Under the pieces are notes generated by a model. The model saw only the letters and a program-made list of their open reading frames with translations. It did not search any database and had not been told where the DNA came from. Positions 22,401 through 30,407 of a stretch of 64,000 bases of DNA are shown in pieces. Position 1 is the stretch's first letter, and the number at the start of each line of letters is the position of its first letter. A program made the translations under genes and the position numbers. The DNA is from Candidatus Latescibacterota bacterium (lineage in GTDB: Bacteria; Latescibacterota; UBA2968; GCA-2709665), in NCBI GenBank assembly GCA_965203805.1, contig OZ241917.1:640001-704000 (forward strand), in the 5' to 3' direction.

Positions 22401-22647
22401 TCTGGGTGAACTTCCGGCGCTGTCGAAAGAGCGGCTGAAAGGCGGTGGAACGGGAATAGGTCAGCTTTCCGGGGGAACGATGGAAAACGTGCGCAGGTGT
22501 CTTTCCGAAGGAGAGCCTGATGCCGGGTTCGGCCCGGAGCGCGTCCGAATCGGCAAGAAGACATGTGCAAAATGCCCATGCGAGGACCGCACGGAACGAA
22601 TGGGACGATCCCCCCTGTGAATCTCTAAAGATGTTTGGGATCTGCAT
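16423..22647 (-). CDS. sprA: SprA-like outer-membrane translocon (type IX secretion)
   Basis: >2000 aa; YDGDEDDIIQEIEAG, GLFGLKG, AYIDDFEGAE, LHIDLGEISE, SEDLNQNGILD, EIWLDELRV; beta-barrel C-terminus ending in F-N; start uncertain. Confidence 0.85.
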   Translation of the reverse strand: MQIPNIFRDSQGGSSHSFRAVLAWAFCTCLLADSDALRAEPGIRLSFGKTPAHVFHRSPGKLTYSRSTAFQPLFRQRRKFTQTVTRLLSTGTGTLMVYRASGDVVHGIPAVITLKGLSAYKFDADFGRVAAATLSLPVRARRGAGGALVDIKIPVKVPKALSVITGEGDTNIKITGSRRIDLSGLNTTVGGQAQTVRARAAEGFTVNFEQESQLNVQGTIGDRITLNLQQDSRGQSDISESLQFRYDGDEDDIIQEIEAGRTSLSLPGTRLVGFSSSNRSGLFGLKGRGRLGGLDVTVVTSHDRGASNRKSYQGQAEEVAHRVRDYEYEENRYFFLDLAHRQSFPDEPARQDLVDIGSVRVFVNDFNDRNDIEQRAGRGIAYAFWSTGPAPEPDAGANGAQSGGVEEGFFHELDRSEFLVDARGYLIMTRQRVLRGHTLAVAYRTSDGRVFGDLNFIQDPSNPDAKIRLKLIHARQQRPEFPSWDLAWRNVYFLGDRDIEPEGFELEILRDVAGQEAVDNQRGTPFLQIFGLDKHTNGASESSPPDNLIDIDGGTNLPGLNLLTGHLVFPDLEPFGERGVGAEALADDARVPEIYNTTNNTTRAQKGQYFLRIRSKNRSTTFYLGFGLIKDSEEVLLNNRRLTRGRDYLIEYENGEVELVGEAADLAADPSANLVINYGSKGQFGLGGGQKSLVGIRAEHPFRDNVSMVGMSLLYGSESARTQRVRVGEEPARTLIWDLNGRFRFKPQILTDFVNRLPFISTQAPSAFNVDMEVAQSLPNPNVKNVAYIDDFEGAESRKTVSTFKYVWSEGSSPTRNGLPLSEPKGRLTWYNRVDRDRYSIYEIQPGRDDIPVENSIVDDVLSIRFEPRRTNGFPVTSRNPAGGLPENSWAGISTYLFGMDFSRSKFVELWIRGNSGRLHIDLGEISERADLLLDHATFNPPPPGQFRTEDQPLPGFPTGDDVAIPEEDIGLDGLTDAQEDSVFRLIFPGVTVPDDPSDDNFKDVDFDQGDLRFRYPPGVNGTQNNNPEREQRPDSEDLNQNGILDTRNNYLHYSVNLASDRGWNPATGIYDGPSVLVIGSQSDPSDRPWRLLRIPLRGSNAPRSVEGNPDTTFAGVFDFARIWIEHDDTTSLDIYTLAAVGSDWLEDESPEHQRSGDFRVATIGTDNQVYELPPGLERETDPQTGRQLLERSLVLRFEDLYPGESVSASRTFTEGQNYTRYGLMTMFVHGGNPTSTTYEDNFPVGPDSTTGSFSPIELFVRFSPIGEDSLNFYEFRKPVYRGWSPEDNTFKIELDVLSQIKGRLTDLKATGQASDTLRLSLPTVEVLADYDSEADQIRAHLHGGTYTVRGNPALSKIKSFVIGVTNNGAFPLEGENEIWLDELRVDRIRKKNAVSMLLNVQTTLADLGNVSLNLERRSGDFQDLQGRSSGNTTTQVSMNSSFNLNKFLPDRWNTTIPVRFNYLRNGSVPRIRQGSDIVLTDQQKSRESAVRASSRFNVSMRKRRANRDPRWIARLLFDRINASLNFLTNNAVSGAITRRRSNNEQNFNGSFSYDVNWPNQRGVRILSWVPIMGSRFEGVQLFYLPSTLRYNMRFDRKNINRRSFSAVEGDTSDVIAVLNQTFNLNESFVIKLTPFRSLTANYSIAVNRDLRNAFDVTRLQFGRETTRNQEVGFNFTPRLSKWLNINTVYSSRFRERLETGGQRTSIGNERRGLTVGTSGRVGGRLSLNLPGLFRPLARPSKGQTGFSVVRLIGRLGGSLEAVQANVTRNRTFNLFGLRRRPDIRFQLGLADTTTSPRYGSGGVSRVNTRNITDNATFKGGVRLPAGFRGDTHLTFNHVRSFGNANTEEQKLEFPSFSAQWRGLGELPVLRWLFASSNVNFNYKSNRIFRGDGGLEDDVLTSDTRRTDFRPLIRWQARWKNKMHTNFSTNRSRQNDLRYQRNVAADTTVAQPTLEERLIGTTITETSQFTASLRYSLSSKFFSKLQSNLDLTLEYGTNTSLKREIPRNAEATETEQAVVRQSDDRWHASLAGQYQFSSKFTGGTRLRHENRKDKLRDLNNRVWEFRVWGEIRFN

Positions 22648-22704
22648 GCGTGAATCGGACTGTCTTGAAAGGGGAAGGGTCCAGGCTAATTGGAAGAGAG
22701 TCTG

Positions 22705-22858
22705 CAGTCCGTTGAAAAAGTCGCTCTGCAGGCGAGGCATTGTGGCCGAAGACAAGGCGCGCGACAGACTCGAATCTCTGGATTCGGGGAGGGAGCGAAA
22801 CGCAGTAATTCGGTCACAATGGCCGGACGCAGCTCGGATGGACGTTATCAACGGGTTG
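22705..22858. mobile_element. MITE-like element (family B) with IS5/IS1182-like ends
   Basis: TIRs CAGTCCGTTGAAAAAGTC / GACGTTATCAACGGGTTG; internal inverted repeat CATTGTGGCCGAA / TTCGGTCACAATG; no transposase. Confidence 0.65.
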
Positions 22859-23088
22859 TCAGGTTAAAAATACCGAACACCGCGTTAAAGATCAAGGGAA
22901 AACCCTGGCCGGACAAATGGCAAATAAGAATAATAAAAACAAATAGTTATACAGTGAAATCTTCATCCGGGCTGCGTGAGGGGTTGAGAAAGGGCTACCG
23001 TCGATGGAAAATTCCCGTATATTCTTGCGGCTTCTTGCGCCAATATCTTTAACTCTTTTGAAAACAAACGGTTCCCCGGAGAAGTGAC

Positions 23089-24387
23089 ATGTTGCTGTAC
23101 CGGTATGTGCTTAAAGAGCATGTCGCACCGTTTGTTTTCGCATTCTCGGTTATCATGTTTCTCCTGGTCGTCGACCTGATTCTCCAGAAGATGGATCTGA
23201 TGCTGGGAAAGGGCATAGCGCCGGGTGTGGTTCTGGAACTGTTCCTGCTGAATACCGCATGGATGATCGCCCTGGCGGTGCCAATGGCGGTCCTTGTCGC
23301 CACCCTGATGGCTTTCGGCCGATTGGCCGTCGACGGTGAAGTCTCCGCCATGCAAGCGCTTGGCATCGGGGTCTTCCGGGTGATGTGGCCCGTACTGATG
23401 GCAGGAGTCGCGCTTTCGCTCGGACTGGTAATCTTCAATGACCGGGTACTGCCGGAATTCAACTATCGGGCGCGGCTGCTCATGGGCGATATTCAGCGCA
23501 AGCGTCCGGCAGTCGCCCTGGAGGACCGCAGCGGTGTCTTTATCCAGGATTTCGCCAACTACAGGATTCTGATTGGCGATATCGACAGGCGGACTTCGGT
23601 ACTCAAGGATGTCCTGATATATAAGTACGAAGCGGGGGGATATCCGGTATCCATTGCCGCCGAAACCGGCCGGATTCGAATTGACGGCGAAAATGACGAG
23701 GCGCTGGTGACACTGGAGAACGGGGAGTGGCATCGGGTGGATGCGTCAGATCCGGATGTCTACTTCCGGTCACGTTTCAAGAAGAAGAATCTGCGCCTTG
23801 GCGAAGCCGGCCGGCAACTCATACGCACCATGTCACACTATCGGACGGACAGAGAGATGGGACTTGGGGCAATGATGGACAGGGTGCATGCCTATCAGCG
23901 GGAGGCGTCAACCCTGAAGGCCGAATCCGCGGACAGCGCGGCTTCCGCTTTGAGGCGCCTGCTTTTCGCGCCGGGAGCCGAACGCAGGGCTTTCGGGATC
24001 GTGGCGGACCTGGCCACGCGTTTACGCACCGACACCGCGATTCGACATCACAAACTCCGCCAGGCGGATCGGTACCGGGTTGAGATCCACAAAAAGCTCT
24101 CGATTCCCGTTGCATGTATTGTCTTTATTTTGGTGGGCGCTCCGCTCGGCATCCGGGTGCGCGGGAGCAGCCCCGCTGTCGGCGCAGGAATCAGCATTGG
24201 GTTTTTTCTCCTGTGGTGGCTCTGTCTGATCAGCGGAGAAACGCTCGCTGACCGCGGATACATTCCGCCCTGGGTTGCCATGTGGAGCCCCAACTTCATC
24301 GTTCTCTCGTGTGGTTCCTGGCTCGTGTGGGGCACCTTGTTCGAGTGGCGATTCGAGGTGTTGAGAGGCAGGCCGTGCGCATCCTGA
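23089..24387 (+). CDS. lptF: LPS export permease LptF family
   Basis: LYRYVLKE, ALAVPMAVLVATLMAFGRL..DGE, EIHKKLSIP, AMWSPN. Confidence 0.85.
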   Translation: MLLYRYVLKEHVAPFVFAFSVIMFLLVVDLILQKMDLMLGKGIAPGVVLELFLLNTAWMIALAVPMAVLVATLMAFGRLAVDGEVSAMQALGIGVFRVMWPVLMAGVALSLGLVIFNDRVLPEFNYRARLLMGDIQRKRPAVALEDRSGVFIQDFANYRILIGDIDRRTSVLKDVLIYKYEAGGYPVSIAAETGRIRIDGENDEALVTLENGEWHRVDASDPDVYFRSRFKKKNLRLGEAGRQLIRTMSHYRTDREMGLGAMMDRVHAYQREASTLKAESADSAASALRRLLFAPGAERRAFGIVADLATRLRTDTAIRHHKLRQADRYRVEIHKKLSIPVACIVFILVGAPLGIRVRGSSPAVGAGISIGFFLLWWLCLISGETLADRGYIPPWVAMWSPNFIVLSCGSWLVWGTLFEWRFEVLRGRPCAS

Positions 24388-25445
24388 GTCGATACGTAAA
24401 CAGACAGTTCCTCGTATACCTGGCGCTTTGCTTCTCCGGATTCCTGGCCGTATTCGTTGTTGTGGACCTGGCAGGCCGGCTCAGTGGCTTCATTGACAGA
24501 AGTGCGGGCGGTGGAACGATCCTTTTGTATTATATACTATCCATCCCATATATGGGAATTCTGACGTTACCCATGGCGATGTTGCTGGCGAGTCTCTTTT
24601 GCTTTGGCAGCTTGTCTCGCTTCGGTGAGCTTGCCGCAATGAAGTCCGCCGGTATATCCCTTGACCGCGTTGCCGCGCCGGTTCTGGCGGCTGCCCTTCT
24701 GGTGTGTGCCGTATCGTTTTTCCTGACCGACCGGGTGATGCCCGGCGCAAACCGCAAACGTGCGTCAATTACCCAGGTCAGGCGTCAGGACGTCTCAAAT
24801 CCAGTGGTCTCGCAGGTCATCCTTCAGGACGTGGACGGACAGATCCTCTCGGTCGGCACCTACTTCCGCAATGAAGCGCGAGGAACGGAAGTGATGCTGG
24901 ACAGGTACGACGGAACACGTCTGGTAGAAAAATTGCGTGCCGGGGAGATGGCGTGGCAGAACGAAAGGTGGACGTTTCTCAGGGGTGAAGTGAGACGGTT
25001 TCCAGCGGAAGGCGCCGAACAGGTGATCCGGTTCCAGGCGATGCCTGCGCGGCGCGTCACGCTAAGACCCGAAGATCTGGCGCGGGAAGTTCGATCCGTG
25101 GATGAGCTTAGCTTTTCCGAGCTTACGGAGTTTATTCTGCGCAAACGACGCATGGGCGACGACTCGGTACGGGTGGAGGTCGCGCGCCATATGCGCCTGT
25201 CATTCCCGTTCACAGGATTCGTAATGGTGTTATTCGGCATCTCACTTTCGTCCCGGACCCAGCGTGCGGGGAAGCCTCTCCTGGTGGGTATTTGTCTGCT
25301 GATTTCGTTTGTCTATTATGGGTGCATTCAGGCCGGCCGGGTAATGGGCTGGAACGGCATTCTCCCGCCGCTGTGGAGCTCCTGGGCCGCCAATTTCCTG
25401 TTTTTGTGTCTGGGCGTTGGCTTGCTGGCCAGGACCAGACGGTAG
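24375..25445 (+). CDS. lptG: LPS export permease LptG family
   Basis: GTG start; ILSRY, LPMAMLLA..GELAAMKSAGIS, RLSFP; paired with lptF. Confidence 0.85.
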   Translation: MRILSRYVNRQFLVYLALCFSGFLAVFVVVDLAGRLSGFIDRSAGGGTILLYYILSIPYMGILTLPMAMLLASLFCFGSLSRFGELAAMKSAGISLDRVAAPVLAAALLVCAVSFFLTDRVMPGANRKRASITQVRRQDVSNPVVSQVILQDVDGQILSVGTYFRNEARGTEVMLDRYDGTRLVEKLRAGEMAWQNERWTFLRGEVRRFPAEGAEQVIRFQAMPARRVTLRPEDLAREVRSVDELSFSELTEFILRKRRMGDDSVRVEVARHMRLSFPFTGFVMVLFGISLSSRTQRAGKPLLVGICLLISFVYYGCIQAGRVMGWNGILPPLWSSWAANFLFLCLGVGLLARTRR

Positions 25446-25462
25446 CGGATTCGTCGCCGTAC

Positions 25463-25499
25463 AAAGAAAGAAGACGCATCGTTGATGCGCCTTCTTTTT
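25463..25499. terminator. Bidirectional terminator between lptG and the M23 gene
   Basis: A-rich flank, AGAAGACGCATC-GTT-GATGCGCCTTCT hairpin, T run. Confidence 0.7.
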
Positions 25500-25523
25500 C
25501 GGGCTTACTGCATGGAAAGTCCA

Positions 25524-26498
25524 TCAAAAACGGGACAGGCGACTTCTCCGGGTGTTCTTGTTCCGGATGTATTTGCGAGGATTTTCCACGATTTCTTCCT
25601 CGCCGACTTTCCTGGTTACGCCATAGTGCAGATGAGGCGCCGTTGCACGTCCGGACCTTCCCATTCTGCCGATCACCTGGCCGCGTGTGACGAGTTGACC
25701 CACTCCCAGCGATGGTTTTTTCAGCAGATGGGCGTACAGCGTCCTGTAAAACGGGTCGTGATCGAGAGAAATGTACCAGCCCAGATATTTGTCTCTGCCC
25801 ACTGATTCCACCCGGCCGTTGGCGGTAGCGAGAATCTTAGTGCCGGAGCGACCGGCGATGTCGATGCCTTTATGAAACTGCCTGGCGCCGGAAAAAGGAT
25901 TCCTGCGGTAGCCGAAACCCGACGAAATCCAGCAACCTGACTCGGGTGGAACAGGAAGAATGGATGGGGTATGCAGCCGGGCGATTTCGTTCCGATTGAG
26001 GATGGAGGCAATATGCACGAAACTGTCTTCGAGGAAACGGGCTTCCCGCAAGAGCTGGTCCACGTCGGTGTATGCCTCTGTAAGCCGGTTGCCAATTTCC
26101 TGAGGCACCCGGCCTTCCCACTCCGGCTCACTCGTGGAATACCCGCCCACGCCCATTTTCCGCACCTCGTCACCCGGTTCCGCCAAATTGACCCAGGACC
26201 GGAACATGCGATCCATCTCGGTGAGATCGTTGACGTTTTCCCGTAGTCCTTCCACCTTCTGCTGCAACCGGTTGACCTGCTGTTTGAGCACGGAGTTTTC
26301 AGACGTCAATGCGAGCAGTCTCTTCTCCTGCTGGTGGTTCACAAAATACCCAAGCGCATAGAAGACGACAGCGAGGGTAAGACACCCGAACAGCAATACG
26401 GCCCCGATACCCCAGACGGTGGGGCGCGAGGCCCTGACTTGACGCATCTGATCTCTATTGTGTGGTATGACCATCAGCGTCAGGTTTCTTTTCCACAT
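25524..26498 (-). CDS. M23 family metallopeptidase
   Basis: TM plus coiled coil; SSGFGYRRNP, HKGID, YAHL, PHLHY. Confidence 0.92.
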   Translation of the reverse strand: MWKRNLTLMVIPHNRDQMRQVRASRPTVWGIGAVLLFGCLTLAVVFYALGYFVNHQQEKRLLALTSENSVLKQQVNRLQQKVEGLRENVNDLTEMDRMFRSWVNLAEPGDEVRKMGVGGYSTSEPEWEGRVPQEIGNRLTEAYTDVDQLLREARFLEDSFVHIASILNRNEIARLHTPSILPVPPESGCWISSGFGYRRNPFSGARQFHKGIDIAGRSGTKILATANGRVESVGRDKYLGWYISLDHDPFYRTLYAHLLKKPSLGVGQLVTRGQVIGRMGRSGRATAPHLHYGVTRKVGEEEIVENPRKYIRNKNTRRSRLSRF

Positions 26499-26704
26499 TG
26501 AACGTGCCTTTCGTCTGTTGATTGCTGCTGAAGTTTACCTGCGGCCGACCGTCAGCCTGGTAGTCTGGAAGTTAAGAACTTTACCGGGTTTCTGTCAAGG
26601 CAAAACTGGACCGATCTTGTGAATCTGGGGATCCGGAACCCGCGAGTGTACGGGCCAGTCAAGCACCACGCTGCGGGTCCTGGATCGGGTATACGTATGC
26701 TTCC

Positions 26705-28054
26705 TCAGGCTGCCTTGATGTGGTCGATCACCTCGGCCTTGAGCGCCTCTCTCAGCAACGGGTTATCGACACAGAAGATACGTACGACCTTGGCCTGCGT
26801 CTCAAAATTGCCGATCAGATACTCCTTGAGCATGGAAACTTCCGGGTCGTCGAAATGGAGGGGATCGGCCTTGTCGACAGGGATGTGGGATCCGAAGTAG
26901 ACATTCAGGTTTACTTCGGGGCTCTTGCCAAGCCGGGGAATATCGATGAGAATTTCGTCACCGTTGAGTGGGAGCCCGGTCTTCGTGCCGAACGCCCTGC
27001 ACAGTCCAATTTCGAGCATGCGCCGGTCCGTTGGATGGTAATACAACCTCTCGAGTCTGGCGGCCAGTCCCTTTTCTCGCTCGTGAGGAAAGAAGACTCT
27101 CGCGACCTTATGGAGTTTTCGGCGTTTCAGGCGCCCGATCATGCTGTTTCGTCGATCGACGCCCAGTCGGTCCATTTCCAGTTCCAGGCGATGAATCAGG
27201 TCGGCTTCGGTCGCCCGGTTGAAGTCTCCTTCGCCCAGGCTGGACGCATGATGGTGCAACAGGTCCTGGACGCCACGTTTGAACATTGCGTTGGCAGACC
27301 GCACCGCGTGATGCCAGTAGACGTTTCGATACATCAGATAGCTGGTGAATACAAGGGCTTCCACCGCCGAGACACCCTTGTAGGTGATTGCGGGGCGCTG
27401 TCCCTTCGGATCGTACGTTATCGAGCCCAACAGGCGGTCGCGGTTGACGGATTCGCCGAACGGCACACCGCAGTAACGCGCGTCTCTCAGCAGGTAGTCG
27501 ATTTTGTCCGGATCGAGTGTACCGCTCAGAATGTGCGCCAGGCGCAGGTCCTCATCGGGGATGGACACGTTTCGGTTGCGATAGTCAATCACGTTCGCCA
27601 CCCGAAGGGGGTCCGTCTCCGCCTGTATCAGCGCGCGGTTGACTTCGGTAGAGGCGTCGAGTATGATCTGCCGCCCGCGCTCCTCGTGATCGGAGAAAAA
27701 CATCTGCATTTCTTCGAGTACGTGGCAAAATGGATAGTGCCCGATGTCGTGCAGGAGGCTGGCTGCCAGCAGGACGCGTGCGTCTTCGATCGTGACGTCC
27801 AGGGGCGGGTCCGCCAGGACAAGCCGGCGCAGAAACTGCCCTGTTATGTGAAAGACGCCCAGAGAATGTTCGAACCGGGAATGGCGCGCGCCGGGATACA
27901 CGAGAAGTACGTGGCCAAGTTGCGAGATGTCGCGCAGGCGCTGGAATTCTTCGGCGTCAACGAGCGGAACCAGATAGTGGGGAATGTGGATGTGTCCCCA
28001 AATGGGGTCCCGGATGGCCTTGCCCGTATCCAGAAACCGGAGGTCGATGCGCAT
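26705..28054 (-). CDS. HD-domain phosphohydrolase (dNTP triphosphohydrolase-like)
   Basis: RDPIWGHI, FQRLRDISQLG, HSRFEHSLG, LLHDIGH, DPDKIDYLLRD, VYWHH. Confidence 0.9.
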   Translation of the reverse strand: MRIDLRFLDTGKAIRDPIWGHIHIPHYLVPLVDAEEFQRLRDISQLGHVLLVYPGARHSRFEHSLGVFHITGQFLRRLVLADPPLDVTIEDARVLLAASLLHDIGHYPFCHVLEEMQMFFSDHEERGRQIILDASTEVNRALIQAETDPLRVANVIDYRNRNVSIPDEDLRLAHILSGTLDPDKIDYLLRDARYCGVPFGESVNRDRLLGSITYDPKGQRPAITYKGVSAVEALVFTSYLMYRNVYWHHAVRSANAMFKRGVQDLLHHHASSLGEGDFNRATEADLIHRLELEMDRLGVDRRNSMIGRLKRRKLHKVARVFFPHEREKGLAARLERLYYHPTDRRMLEIGLCRAFGTKTGLPLNGDEILIDIPRLGKSPEVNLNVYFGSHIPVDKADPLHFDDPEVSMLKEYLIGNFETQAKVVRIFCVDNPLLREALKAEVIDHIKAA

Positions 28055-28372
28055 AGTCGGATGCCCGGTGCGTGGCCGTTGCGGGAAGGAGAAACGACGT
28101 ACACGATCGGTCGGAAAATCACTGGCGTGACGCCCGTCATCGGCGATTTTCCCGTGTTCGGCTATTCGAAATATCGGCATCGAAGGGTCGCGTGTCAAGT
28201 CTCGCGGCCTGAAAGGGACTTCCCCTGCGCGCAGGCTGTTGAAATTGAAATTCGCATTACGTTTCGGTATTCCGCGGCAGAAGAGGCGTGAACGGACGTT
28301 GACGCCGGCCCGGCGCCGTCAACGCCTGGATATCGGCTGCCGGAGGCCGACCGCATTTCGAAGAGGTCGCCG

Positions 28373-29095
28373 ATGATTGCCCTTGAGGCGTGGTGGGAAG
28401 GCCCGCCGCGTCAGGCGCGTGTGGCGGTGATTGCGGAAATGTGCAGGGTGCTCGACGAGACTCTCGGCGGCTCATCCCGGGACCTCAAACGCGTGCGTCC
28501 GGACGGCCTCGATGCGCTGATGCGGACCATCCTGTCCCAAAACACGAACGACGAAAACCGGGACAGGGCGTACGACAGGATGCGTGCGCGGTTTCCGGAT
28601 TGGCGTGACGTGATGGCAGCAGACACGGCGGCCTTGAAGGACGCCGTCCGCGTGGCGGGACTGGCGAATTCGAAGGCCCCGAACATGCAGGCGTTTCTAA
28701 ATTGGTTGGAGCATGAACGGGGGAGCTTGAATCTGGACTTTCTCAGGCACCTATCGAACCAGGCCGCGGTCACCCTGTTGACGAAACATCGAGGCATCGG
28801 GATCAAGACAGCCTATATTGTGTTGGCTTTTGCCTTCGACCGCGACCTGTGCGCGGTGGATACGCACGTGTATCGCGTTCTGCGTCGGGTTGGGGTTGTC
28901 TCGGCGCGATGCGGTCGCGAGAAGGCACACACCGAACTCGCGCCTCTGGTCCCGAAGGGTCAGGCCAGGCCGTTTCACATGAACATGGTTGATTTCGGCA
29001 AGACGGTGTGTACCGCCAGAAAGCCTTCCTGCGGCGTCTGTCCTGTTTCCCGTCTGTGCAGATACTATCGCGAAATACAGGGCGGACGCATCTGA
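28373..29095 (+). CDS. nth: Endonuclease III family HhH-GPD glycosylase
   Basis: ILSQNT, GIGIKTA, AVDTHVYRV, Fe-S motif C-X6-C-X2-C-X5-C. Confidence 0.85.
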   Translation: MIALEAWWEGPPRQARVAVIAEMCRVLDETLGGSSRDLKRVRPDGLDALMRTILSQNTNDENRDRAYDRMRARFPDWRDVMAADTAALKDAVRVAGLANSKAPNMQAFLNWLEHERGSLNLDFLRHLSNQAAVTLLTKHRGIGIKTAYIVLAFAFDRDLCAVDTHVYRVLRRVGVVSARCGREKAHTELAPLVPKGQARPFHMNMVDFGKTVCTARKPSCGVCPVSRLCRYYREIQGGRI

Positions 29096-29153
29096 CTGGG
29101 AACCGTTCTGAATACGGCCGCAACAACGGGTTGCCCCCGCGGGGGCGTGTGCG

Positions 29154-30407
29154 TCAATCGATTCTGATTCGCTGAAGATCGAACGAGTCGACATTGTAGG
29201 GCTCGAAAGTATCGTCGTCGCCGGGTGTGTAGACCGCGACATAGAGATTCCGATCGTCGTTATCGATGACGATGCCGCGTTCTTTGAGATTTCCGGCCGC
29301 GAGAAGATAGTTCGTCTCCAGTTTTGTCCGCGTATCGAATTCAACGATAAATACACCCGCTTCATCGGCGTCTGTGGGCGCGACGAACAGACGTCGGCCG
29401 TCGCGGCTCAACGCAAGCCCCAGAGCGGGAGACTTGATTTCGTATTTGCCCGTCAGCGTCAGGTCGCGTGCGCTGAATACCCACAGATCCTCGACGTTGC
29501 CGCGGTCATCCGGGTCTGCCAACCCCAGAAAGAGATGGTCGTTGGAAGGTCCCATGACAAAATCGTTGATCCTGGCGGAGAAACTGAAGCGGGTTGACGT
29601 GGTCTCTGTCGTTGGGAAATGCCCTGAGGCGTCGTATTTCAAGACATTGTTCCTGGCGGCAACGAAGAGCTTACGGTCGCCGTGGTTCATCAGCAATGCG
29701 CCCGAACGCACATTCCCGCTGGTTTCCAGATTGTCTGCAATGGATACCGCAATCAGCAGCGGTTCATCCAGCGAGGACACATAGACAATCGAATCGGTCC
29801 CGCAGACGATGTGGGATATGTCATTCAGCGAAAACGGAACGGTCTTAAGTATGGTGAACGCATTCAGATCGATTATTTTCAGGTTCGATTCGCCGTTCAG
29901 TCCCACCACCAGACGGCGCTGGTCCGGAGTGACGTCGATGTCGATGGGGTGGGATCCTACCTGAAGGCTCCCTTCGACCACCATCTGTTTGCCAGTGTGA
30001 ATGCGGAGTATCCGGTTGTTTCCGTAGTCGGCAAGGTACAGATACGGCTGGACCGGATCCATGACCATATCAGAAATATTCACGCCAAGTTTCAGGATAT
30101 CGAAATCTCTGATTTCGTAAAACCGCTCCGGCTCTTCGTCGTCGAAATAGAGCGAACAACCCGACACGACAAGAGACATGGACAGGGCAAAAAAAAGGAA
30201 CCGGCCACTTGTTTTTCCAATGAGGCGAATGCCGGATCGCCAGGTGTTCAGTCCCGGAAACAGGTTGCCTGAACTCGGCCGTCGAGTCGCCAGGCTCGCA
30301 TCCTTCGACAGGCTCCGGACCCAGCGCCTGAGCGCAGGCGACCCGGGCAGGGTCGGCGAGCGAATGGTGAGGTATTTTTGGGACGGGACACTAGAGCGAG
30401 AAGACAT
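29154..30407 (-). CDS. YncE-like beta-propeller lipoprotein (true start probably near 30220; 5' part overlaps a MITE)
   Basis: Lipobox-like LVVSGC after a hydrophobic stretch; repeats VGSHPIDIDVTPD and LALSRDGRRLFV. Confidence 0.7.
   Translation of the reverse strand: MSSRSSVPSQKYLTIRSPTLPGSPALRRWVRSLSKDASLATRRPSSGNLFPGLNTWRSGIRLIGKTSGRFLFFALSMSLVVSGCSLYFDDEEPERFYEIRDFDILKLGVNISDMVMDPVQPYLYLADYGNNRILRIHTGKQMVVEGSLQVGSHPIDIDVTPDQRRLVVGLNGESNLKIIDLNAFTILKTVPFSLNDISHIVCGTDSIVYVSSLDEPLLIAVSIADNLETSGNVRSGALLMNHGDRKLFVAARNNVLKYDASGHFPTTETTSTRFSFSARINDFVMGPSNDHLFLGLADPDDRGNVEDLWVFSARDLTLTGKYEIKSPALGLALSRDGRRLFVAPTDADEAGVFIVEFDTRTKLETNYLLAAGNLKERGIVIDNDDRNLYVAVYTPGDDDTFEPYNVDSFDLQRIRID
30244..30391 (+). 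mobile_element. MITE-like repeat family A, copy 3
   Basis: GTGTTCAGTCCCGGAAA ... TTTTGGGACGGGACAC; abuts the TAG stop of the upstream gene. Confidence 0.78.

Noticed and set aside
20548-22620. 690-aa plus-strand ORF and similar long shadow ORFs (942..2174, 26720..28291, 34405..35427, 13621..14667)
   Set aside because: Antisense or alternate-frame shadows of well-supported genes, typical of high-GC DNA, with no recognisable motifs.
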